Notes under the pieces: model-generated
The model's input: only the letters and a program-made list of their open reading frames with translations
Databases searched by the model: none
Told to the model about the DNA's origin: nothing
Made by a program: the position numbers and the translations under genes
Source: Phallusia mammillata
Taxonomy: Eukaryota
Reading direction: 5' to 3'
DNA length: 64,000 nt
Assembly: GCA_965637545.1 (NCBI GenBank)
Contig: OZ281499.1
Coordinates: forward strand, 558,001 to 622,000
Shown: positions 1-10,500 of the stretch, one piece after another
Layout of the letters: each line of letters begins with the position of its first letter
How positions within the stretch are numbered: the first letter of the stretch is position 1

Positions 1-20
1 TGAAAAGTATAGGCCTATCC

Positions 21-219
21 CAGTGGTTCTCAACCTTTTTTCTTTCGTGGCCCACTTTCATTGCAAAAAAATTCTGTGGCCCAGTAAATAGGTTCAGAAC
101 AAAAAACAGAACAAAAACATTCCTTCTCAATTCCTCCCCAAGCTATTATTCTTGAAAAATTGATTGTAGTTACACAAATGAAACTAAATTCTTTAAAAAA
201 GCCCACTGGTTGAGAACCA
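21..219. mobile_element. hAT-type MITE, right end truncated
   Basis: CAGTGGTTCTCAACC at 21 and GGTTGAGAACCA at 208-219; terminal CTG and TSD missing on the right. Confidence 0.65.
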
Positions 220-511
220 AATTTTTAAAAATTTTTAAAATTGCTAAGTGAGTCTATTTTGCTCATCATTTGCGTGTGAGTATTACCAGTGCAATGGTCT
301 GCTATAAAACAATTTATTTTTAACGAAATCATAGAGTGAAATATTTGTGGATTGGGAAGTGAACGTTTTCAAAACAAACGGACACAGCGTTTTTACTATT
401 TTTTACATTTCATTGAACATGTCAATTACTGAATCATCTGCTTCACACAGCAGCTGAAACCCATTTAATTTTAGTTCCACTTTTGTACACGTATTTTTGG
501 CTTGATGCGTA

Positions 512-1752
512 TTTTCCAACGCTTGCGGATGGACAGTTGTTCGCATGCCAGTAGGAGAACGATGGGCGGACGAAAACGTTGTACTCATAACATACCTATA
601 AGACTGCTTGGTTGGTGTTTACAATTTTCTGCGCATGTGTATTCTTGCTGTGTGTTTTCCAACGCTTGCGGATGGACAGTTGTTCGCATGCCAGCGGGAG
701 AACGATGGGCGGACGAAAACGTTGTACTCATAACATACCTATAAGACTGCTTGGTTGGTGTTTACAATTTTCTGCGCATGTGTATTCTTGCTGTGTGTTT
801 TCCAACGCTTGCGGATGGACAGTTGTTCGCATGCCAGCGGGAGAACGATGGGCGGACGAAAACGTTGTACTCATAACATACCTATAAGACTGCTTGGTTG
901 GTGTTTACAATTTTCTGCGCATGTGTATTCTTGCTGTGTGTTTTCCAACGCTTGCGGATGGACATTTGTTCGCATGCCAGCGGGAGAACGATGGGCGGAC
1001 GAAAACGTTGTACTCATAACAAACCTATAAGACTGCTTGGTTGGTGTTTACAATTTTCTGCGCATGTGTAGGCTATTCTTGCTGTGTATTTTCCAACGCT
1101 TGCGGATGGACATTTGTTCGCATGCCAGCGGGAGAACGATGGGCGGACGAAAACGTTGTACTCATAACAAACCTATAAGACTGCTTGGTTGGTGTTTACA
1201 ATTTTCTGCGCATGTGTAGGCTATTCTTGCTGTGTATTTTCCAACGCTTGCGGATGGACATTTGTTCGCATGCCAGCGGGAGAACGATGGGCGGACGAAA
1301 ACGTTGTACTCATAACATACCTATAAGACTGCTTGGTTGGTGTTTACAATTTTCTGCGCATGTGTATTCTTGCTGTGTGTTTTCCAACGCTTGCGGATGG
1401 ACATTTGTTCGCATGCCAGCGGGAGAACGATGGGCGGACGAAAACGTTGTACTCATAACAAACCTATAAGACTGCTTGGTTGGTGTTTACAATTTTCTGC
1501 GCATGTGTAGGCTATTCTTGCTGTGTATTTTCCAACGCTTGCGGATGGACATTTGTTCGCATGCCAGCGGGAGAACGATGGGCGGACGAAAACGTTGTAC
1601 TCATAACATACCTATAAGACTGCTTGGTTGGTGTTTACAATTTTCTGCGCATGTGTATTCTTGCTGTGTGTTTTCCAACGCTTGCGGATGGACAGTTGTT
1701 CGCATGCCAGCGGGAGAACGATGGCCAGACGAAAACATTGTACTCATAACAA
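512..1752. repeat. Tandem satellite, 8 full units plus a partial ninth, 143/148 bp
   Basis: TTTTCCAACGCTTGCGGATGG recurs at 512, 655, 798, 941, 1089, 1237, 1380, 1528, 1671 (spacings 143,143,143,148,148,143,148,143). Confidence 0.97.
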
Positions 1753-1934
1753 CTCCCCTCCCTAAGTTTGTGCTCCGAATAGTCGCTCAAAGCATAAGGC
1801 ATGTTTACAAGCGCAATTTATTCATCTGTCCCTAAACAACCGCAATTCAATACAGTTCTTTTACAACTTAATCCCAAACTTTGAAGTCAAATTTTTGCTT
1901 TCTGCAGAAAGCATGCTGTTTACAAAACTGCCAC

Positions 1935-2040
1935 TATGTTATCCACCTATAAGGTGTCATCAGTGCAGATAGTGACAAGAGATCGGCCGTATTGGCTCGT
2001 GTAGCCAACTAACGGCACACCAGTTTGTTGGGAGCACAGG
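1935..2040. repeat. Dispersed ~100-bp repeat, second copy at ~3770-3870
   Basis: CCTATAAGGT...CAGTGCAG...ATTGGCT...CCAGTTTGTTGGGAG shared by both copies with moderate divergence. Confidence 0.75.
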
Positions 2041-2317
2041 CTAAAAAGTCATTCCTCACCAAATCTGTTCGATGCCACAACTAAGCATAAATCACAGAGG
2101 AAACAAAAGTTATAGCGAAAACAAGGAACATTTGTATTTTATTGATTTTATATTAAACATCTCGCGTTCCTACATGTCAGAATCCCCTCATGGCCTTTTG
2201 TACGAGATTAAGACACTTTTGCGTGTCTTTGTTTTGGCAAAAACACGTGACTTGTTTTAATAGTTATCTCCCATCATGTGACTTAATTGGAGAAACGCAC
2301 TTTGATTAGGGTTAGAG

Positions 2318-2577
2318 CAGCGGTTTCCAACCTGTTGGTCGCGACCCCAACAGGGGTCTCCTGACAACTTGCCTGGGGTCGCCTAAGGCAAGTTTCCCAA
2401 CTTTTTTAGACCAAGAACCACCAGCCCAATAAAATAAACTCATAGACCACTTAACTTTATTGCTGAGAAAAATGCAGTCAATTTTAATTTAGGGACTACT
2501 AATTTTATCCGTGGGGTCACCGCAACTTGGCAAATGTTATCAAGAGCCCACGGCACCAGAAAGGTTGGAAACCGCTG
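2318..2577. mobile_element. hAT MITE upstream of GPCR gene 1
   Basis: Perfect TIR CAGCGGTTTCCAACCT / AGGTTGGAAACCGCTG; perfect 8-bp TSD GGTTAGAG (2310-2317, 2578-2585). Confidence 0.92.
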
Positions 2578-3248
2578 GGTTAGAGAGTTGAGTTGAATGT
2601 AAAAACTTTATTCTGTAAACAAATACACGCTTAAAACGTTTTTTTTTTCTACACAATTACTTACAATCAAATGGGGTATATGACCCGCACGAGTTGTCGG
2701 GTAAATGCAATTAAGTTTCTTGAAAACAGAAATAAACCTAAAACATTCGGACCAACTCTTAAATGTGCTTTTAACGTTTAATTTTATTTTACAAAACAAA
2801 CGCACAGACAGTACGTAATGCACATCCGTATATCTCAGAGGATTCCAGAAACACGCCGGATGACACCAGATGTGTGAGATCGGAAGATAGAAGGCGGTGC
2901 TACGTAGAACCTGTCGTTTCCGTTTTAATGCCTATAAATTAACCGCAAAAATGGGTTTTCCATACAGTAAAAAGTGGTATCTAGCATATCTAGATTAAAG
3001 GGAATGTATGCTGGAGAATTCTGCGAGATAAATTTCTGAAAATAACAGTTAAACAGAACTGTTCGGGTTTAAAATTATTTTTTGTGCAAAAACGAATTTT
3101 GTTTCTTTTTGCCGTTTGCGTAAGCAATCTTGAAATTTTTTCAACAAACTGGAAATGTCAGCACTTTTTGTTCACTCACTATCTCAGTTTTAACAACAAA
3201 AACAAATTTTAAACTGTCGTGTTAACAGCTAACATCGGAATCGTAGAC

Positions 3249-3342
3249 ATGCTGTGGTTACTGTTTCTTATGTTGGTCGTCGGATGCGCGGAAGGTGAAT
3301 GTCCGGGCGAGGATTTCAGTCTTGCTCCTCGACCTTATATAA
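3249..3342 (+). CDS. LDLa-repeat GPCR gene 1, exon 1 (signal peptide)
   Basis: ATG at 3249 encodes MLWLLFLMLVVGCAEGECPGEDFSLAPRPYI, then a phase-1 GTAAGT donor at 3343. Near-identical paralogous exon at 29343. Splices in frame to 7552. Confidence 0.88.
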
Positions 3343-4119
3343 GTAAGTTTGCTTGGTTTTAAATAAATTTAAAAGTTATATATATGTCCTTTAGCGGTGT
3401 GGCGGTAGGACTGAAATCGTCGTTTTTTCTGTCCAAACCAAGTTTGCGTTTTTGTTATTTTGTTTGACAACATATGAGTGACGTTTACCAAACATTGGGG
3501 GCAAAAAATGTAAAGTAAAAACGTTGGACTATAAATTTGACGCCGAACTAATAATGACATTAGTAAAAGGGGATGTCAAAATCACTTTGATTTTACACTT
3601 GATTGCGATGCATCATACGTACAAATAAATGTTAGAAATTTACGTTTCTACATTTCAGCAAAGCAAAATCAGAAATAAACCGTGAAATAATAATCTAATG
3701 AAAGAGAAAGATAGACTTAATACCCAATGCTTGTCCCAGATTAAAATCTTGTTAGCTGCAGACAGTGCATACTATCCTATAAGGTCTTAACAGTGCAGCT
3801 GGTGACGAAAGATTGGCCACATTGGCTAGTGTGGCCATCCAACGGCAATCCAGTTTGTTGGGAGTATACAGTCTGATGTTGTAGCAGGTTTTTTACTGCG
3901 CACTACACGGTTACCAGACTGGCACGGTTTGTTAATTCACCCAGTAACGGATTTGCCATCCGTTGTGCACAATAACAGTCTTGACTTTAAGTACTAGTTT
4001 GGTTCGTTAATGGTTTTTCAGAGTCACTACTGTATACCGGCCTGGACTAACAAGATCCTAAAATAAACGTCGAAAGTGGAATGCGTTCATAGAATTTAAA
4101 CAAAACACTGCGATTTGGA

Positions 4120-4250
4120 ACACTACATACGGATCTGTTCATATGTTTAATGATAAACACAACGGTCCGAACAGACGTAAAAAGCGACATGCTTTATTGT
4201 TTAAAGTTTAAACGTTTCGGCAAATGCTCATGCCATCATCAGTGATATTA
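4120..4250 (-). mobile_element. Penelope-like pseudo-LTR remnant with degenerate hammerhead core; second copy at ~61315-61437
   Basis: Minus strand reads CTGATGA-T-GGCA...TGCC-GAAA-CGTT. Flanks (TACACGGATCTGTTCAT, AAAAAGCGACATGCTTTAT) shared with the 61.3-kb copy. The Penelope assignment is inferred from the motif. Confidence 0.55.
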
Positions 4251-5862
4251 AGGGCCAAACCGCGATTTAATGTAACATGTCATTGTGCAACAGCCTGTCG
4301 TCGACACAGAGATAAAAATTGGCTACGGCATGGAATGTTCTGACCTGAGTGGTAATGGAACACCTTTCAATTCTAGATGGTCTCTCATTTGTTTCAAAAA
4401 AGAGATCCAAAGTGCTGTAGGCCTACTCGGCAATATGCATAATAAATATATTCTTCAAAGCAACAACAAAAATATGCGTAATTGCCAATCGCAATATCGA
4501 ACTTCGATATTTATGAACAATTCGACCTGAAGGTTTTGGACTGGTTACACTTTCTCTTGTGGGGCTTTTCGTACGTTGATAAGCAAGCCAATAGACCAGT
4601 TGAAAGACAATGGACAATGCTATGCGAGTACTGTGATGCGGTGCGTGGGTTCATTCACACAGGCTAGCATAAGTGCGTCGGATTTCATTTCAGTTTGGAA
4701 TCGTTTTTTCAAAACATTAATTTTTCTGCACCTTTCATGCTATTTCCTGTTTCTTGCTGCGCATTTTCCAGCGCCTGTGGATAAACAGTATCTTGAATGT
4801 CAGCGTTATAAACGCTTAGAATTTATATTTACCTTCTAATGCTTTTTTACAAAACAAAACTACAGACTCTGTGTAAGGCTTGTCAGTCGATTCAGAAAAC
4901 ACGCCAGATGAGTCTGTGAGATCAGAAGGTAGTTCTATGTATGAGCTGTAGTTTCTGTTTTAATGCCTATAAATAAAGGCTGCTGCGAAATTGGCTTCCC
5001 TCGCAATAAATTGCCCAAAGAGCCGTGTGAACGCTTCAATAATTATTTAATTTCAATAGACATAAAAAGAATCCGGTTAATCGCATAATCCGTTTAATTG
5101 CATCACAATTAAAAATCCCAAACCGTCGTCCATCGTTTGTTAAGAAAATCGTCCGGTTAATTGCATAAACCGGATATTCGCATCGATTTTCAACGAAATA
5201 TGCGATTAACCGGATTGATGATCTCCATGTGAAAGTCGCACAGAATGAGTTTTTGAAATGGAAAAAGACGATATGATAGTGAAATGAACCGCTAATCCCA
5301 GAATAGCTGCGCAACGTCGCGAACGACTAAGTGCAGTTGCTCTTGAATTAAGTAACTGCAATTTTTTTCGGTACCCCTTTTTTGAAAAGTTATTAGGAGA
5401 TTAAATAGACTTCCATAACCGCTGAGCGATAAGGAGTCGTTATCTCAAAGCAGTGCGCACTAATCATTTTTTGTTGGCTTATCTAATTGCCAATAGTGAA
5501 ATAACAAGCATGTAAATGATGAGTTCATTGTGTTGAAAATACGAAACTAATGTTCCGGCAAAGACGCTGATTGTAATTTCTGCAAAGTGCGAACTGCACC
5601 AAATTCAAAGTATCAAACTGTATTTGAATAATGTTAAATGTGAAACAAATGGTAAAAAACGTTTACTGTTATGTTGTTTATGACCCACAAAACACGTAAT
5701 AGTTGTCATAAATGTTAGATCGCAGGTAATCAAACTATGTTGTTTAGGTTCACGTATTTAGTAACGTGCAAATGCTTGGGATATTTTATGTTTTCTATTC
5801 GCGACCTTGCGCAACTTATCAGGTGGATCACCGATTCAGAAGGCGTTTTTATCCCTCTAGCA

Positions 5863-6552
5863 CAGGGCTTCTCAAACTGTGGGTCGCGACCCCAATTGGA
5901 ATATAATTTTGGGGTCGCGAAACATTTTGCGTTATTATGTCGATCACAATAAATGATATACGTGCGTACATTTATTGTTTAAACATCATTCCCGTGTATA
6001 GGCTATACCAGGGGTGCACAACCTTGCGGCCGTACAGAGACGAGTTTGTGCGGCCGTGAACATGTTTATTAGAATATATGTACTGGCAGCCGTAACGTAT
6101 ATAAAAACTTTTTTGTCAAATATTTTGATTTTCAAACTGCTCTAAACACATTTTGTGGAACTTACAAGAGTATTACCAGCCTAGTAGCCATATGCGACCG
6201 ACTTTTTTATGCCTATATTGTGTGCAAACAATGCGAAAAAGCAGATACCACAAGCGTCACAATATAGATTATGACGTCATAAAAGCTAAGACTGTCAATC
6301 CGTGCATCAAGTTAGAAATTAACCTAGGCGCCATTAGATGGTATATATATAAAATATATAAGTATTTCTTTACATCAGTAATTTTAAAACACAAGCAAGC
6401 AGGCAATTGGCGGCCGTTGGTGAAATAAAGATCTGTGATGCGGCCGTCATAGCGAAGAGGTTGTGCACCCCTGGACTATACTCATCAAGGGGTCGCGTAG
6501 AAATTTCTGTTTCAAAATGGGGTCGCAGAGCAAGAAAGTTTGAGTAGCCCTG
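5863..6552. mobile_element. hAT MITE in gene 1 intron, host of a nested MITE
   Basis: TIR CAGGGCTTCTCAAACT / AGTTTGAGTAGCCCTG; perfect TSD CTCTAGCA (5855-5862, 6553-6560). Confidence 0.9.
6009..6473. mobile_element. hAT MITE nested inside 5863-6552
   Basis: TIR CAGGGGTGCACAACCT / AGGTTGTGCACCCCTG; TSD GGCTATAC / GACTATAC. Confidence 0.9.
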
Positions 6553-7551
6553 CTCTAGCAGTTGTTGCTGGTTTCAAGTTTTGAAGCAACGATCATACGT
6601 TAATCACGTGACAGTCTAATCTTCCAGCTGCAGTTTTGCTGAGTAAGCTAGAAAGTATGAGCGCAGCAATCTGAGTCTTGCTAAAAATCAATTATTAAAA
6701 TGTTAATTGGATAACGGGTTATAATAGAAACTGATGCAGTCCGGACTCCCCCCTTTTTCTTTCTGTTAATTGGACGGGTAGAGGATAAAGCGCTTTGCCG
6801 CTTCAACGCGCCATTTAGAACTAGAAAACGGGACAATTTAGTGGCAGTTTGACGTGTGAATTGTGTATTCACTTGCGGTCTAGCACATTTGTGTGGGAAA
6901 TTTTCCGAACAAAGTGTTGCAGATTTAATGACGTCATAAAGCGCCATTAGGGAAATTCCCCAAACAAAGTGTTGGACACACTCCTTTAAAAATACGCCCC
7001 TGCTATAACCTATTTTGAAACATTAATATATTAATATTGGCTCCCATAGTAGCCAATGTTTTATAACCTTTGTTCGTTTCTGCAACCAGAAACTTATGGG
7101 TCCTCACACATGCAAAGTTGTAAATAATGGAAATTCTGAGATTGGCTAACCATAATTAAGTTTAGAGCCGTAAGTTGAAACATGGCAATGCATATTCTGC
7201 TAAAATAACCATGGAGTTACAAACTATACAAATCTCATTCAATTCAAAATCGTTAAAATGTTTTTACCCATTTTAGGAGTTAGTGGAGTAAACGGTGGGG
7301 CTACAGGGTGAGACGCAGATGCGTCCCCTTCAGGGAAGGGAAGCCATAATTAAAAGTGTTGACAGTTCGTGTAACGGTAATCAAAAGTGCGTGTTTCCAA
7401 CGGTTTAAACTAGTGCAATGTGAATTAAAATGGTGTGTTCGTCCCACCATAGAGTGCCACATTTTTAAGAGATCCACACAAAGTTCAGCACTATAAAAGT
7501 TTCTTTGAATTACCAAAGTTACTTAAAATATTTTTTGTGACTTTACTACAG

Positions 7552-10500
7552 AACCTGAAAATCTGTCGGTGTGCGAACCCCCATACAAAACATCCAACTG
7601 CACCTGCCCTTCTTCAATGTTCGAATGTGCTTGTCACAAGTTTGGTCGGTGTGGGGACAAACCAGGATGTATTGGGATGTGGAAGGTATATGACTTGAGT
7701 TCTTCACTGCGTGGGACTGGAGGTCATCGATTGTACGAATACGAAAACGACTGTGGTGATTGGAGCGACGAGTATAGTGAGGTTTGCCATGAAGGCAGGT
7801 TTCAGTGTGACTGCTTCAACACAACTTGCAAAGGTCATGTTGGGTGCGTGTGGGAGAGGTTGCGATGTGATGGAGTCATACATTGTTTAGATGGCAGTGA
7901 TGAAGTTAATTGCACTTGTCCAGCTCATAAGTTTGAATGCGATTGTTACAAAACAAACAACTGCAGAACTTACAATAGTGGATGCATGGGCAAGATGTAT
8001 CAATGTAATGGAAGAATAGAATGCATAGATGGCAGCGATGAAGTTAATTGCACTTGTCCAGCTCATAAGTTTGAATGTGATTGTTACAAAACAAAGAACT
8101 GTTCAACTTCAAGAGGTGGTTGCATCAACAAAGACTGGCAATGTGATGGATGGAATGACTGTGGAGATTTGAGTGATGAGGTTAATTGCATTTGTCCAGC
8201 TCGTAAGTTTGAATGCGATTGTTACAAAACAAGGAACTGTACAACTGGATATGGTTGCATCAACAAAAACAAGCAATGTAATGGATATAATAACTGTGGA
8301 GATTGGAGTGATGAAGTTAATTGCACTTGTCCTGCTAAAAAGTTTGAATGCCCTTGTTACAAAACAAAGAACTGCACAACTGGATATGGTTGCATTAACA
8401 AAGACAAGCAATGTAACGGATACAATGAATGTGGTGATTGGAGTGATGAAGTTAATTGCACTTGTCCAGCTCATAAGTTTGAATGTGATTGTTACAAAAC
8501 AAAGAACTGTACAACATACAAGCAGGGTTGCATTACCACAGCCAAGCAATGTAACGGATACAATGAATGTGGTGATTGGAGTGATGAAGTTAATTGCACT
8601 TGTCCAGCTGATACCTTTGAATGTGATTGTTACAAAACAAAGAACTGTTCAATTTTCATTGGTGGTTGCATCAACAAAGACAGGCAATGTAATGGATGGA
8701 ATGACTGTGGTGATTGGAGCGATGAAGTTAATTGCACTTGTCCAGCTCATAAGTTTCAATGTGCATGTGTTGGCAACAAACAATGTGACATCGATATGAA
8801 GGGAAGTTGTATTGACCGATCTTTGTTGTGTGATGGAAATCGTGACTGTTTTGACGGTAGTGACGAGACACATTACTCATGTAACTGCTCTGGAGTTTAT
8901 GCCAGATGTCCGTGTGATCCTGGTAACAAACATTGCCCATCTACTGGCAGATGCATATTTTTTGACTGGTTGGGTGATGGCTTTGAAGATTGCTATGATG
9001 CAAGCGACGAACTTTGTTCAGTTTCCAACTTCACTTGTCAGTCTTGCACAATGTTTGCCACAACTTGTAAGAGTGAACAACTTGCCAGGTATCTTGTACA
9101 TTCCACAGTTCCAGCAAAGTGCAACACAGTAATCCGACCATCATGTGCTGATGACATCAACAGTTGTGAAAGCAAGAATGTGATTTGCGTCACTTCCACC
9201 TGCAAAAAAACAGAAAAATTTTGTCAGAACATTTTTGTTTGTAAAAATAAAGAAGTCATCACTGAAAGTTCCTTTTGTGACTCAATTGGTAATTGTAATG
9301 ACAATAGTGACGAAATCAAGTCAGGATTTGGATTTAAATGCTCTGGATCATCGAGACAAGGTGTTTGTGTTTTGCCTCAAACCAACATTTACGATTCAGT
9401 GGCTCAATGTTCTGATAAATCTGATCTTTGTTTTGCCAACGGACAGTTTAGATGTTTTCAGTGCTTGGATAAAAAGTTAATCATATCACCCAAGCAAGTT
9501 TGTGACGGTATAGTGGACTGCTTTGATATGTCAGATGAGTGTTTGTGCTTGAATCAAAGTTTGTGTGATGATATAAGGGGTGGTTGTCCATCAAATCAGA
9601 TACATTGCCAAAATAAATCTGTTTGTTCATTTCAAAGTGGAAAGTTGTGTAATTCAAGTGTGCAATGTGTTGATCAAATAAACACAAAATACTGTTCGTC
9701 TGCTAATAATTTGGAACAAACTCAGTGTTTACCAGAAAATGTTGAAGACCTCGGACTTGACGAAATATTTAAGTGCGCAAAAACTGACAACAAAGCACTG
9801 AGGAGTAAATTTTCGAAATATTCAAATAAAAAAGTTTTGTTAAACTCCATATGTGATGGAATTATTGAGGACGACTTAAAACTACTTGGTGAAGTAAACT
9901 GTACAAATATGTTTTATTGTTTCTCAAATGGAAAGATCAGCATAAAAAACACCCAGGTTTGCGATGGAACAATTGATTGTGATGATGGCTCAGATGAATT
10001 TCCTGAACTTTGTCACAAAACTCGTTTTTATTGCAAGACCAAAAATTGGGTTTCTATTGACAGAAACACTTTTTGTGATGGAATTATCGATTGCGACAAC
10101 GAATCTGATGAAAGTAGATGTCGTTGTGAAAACAAAAGGTTTTATTGCACAAATAAACAACCTTTGTCAATTGAATGGAAACTGGTGCAGAATGGAATTC
10201 AAGATTGTTCAGATGGAAGTGATGAATGTGTAAACTTGGCTGGGGACGCATTTGCAGATATGAATGAAATGATTGCCAATCCCGTATACCAAGCAATTTT
10301 CTGGATAACAGCTATGCTAGCCTTGGGAGGAAATTTGTTTGTGTTCCTTGCAACTGCTCACAGCCTATGGAATGTAGACAGAAACAAAAATGTTTTCATT
10401 AACACTAATATTTTCATTCTCAACCTCTGTTGCTCAGATTTCCTCATGGGAATTTATCTGCTTGCAGTTATAGTGCAAGCCACACGATTTTCTGGCTCCT

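Noticed and set aside
512-1752. Satellite as a CRISPR array or hammerhead retrozyme
   Set aside because: No unique spacers and eukaryotic context; no CUGANGA core on either strand of the unit.
502-1835. Seven near-identical short ORFs on the plus strand
   Set aside because: By-products of the 143/148-bp satellite; frames shift with unit length and there is no splice or domain support.
1935-1970. Minus-strand CUGAUGA-CACC/GGUG as a hammerhead
   Set aside because: GAUA replaces GAAA, and the second copy at ~3780 does not keep the core.
8109-8873. Long alternative-frame and antisense ORFs over the LDLa repeats (also 36871-38053, up to 272 aa)
   Set aside because: Shadows of a repeat that lacks stops in those frames; variation preserves Cys in the main frame only.
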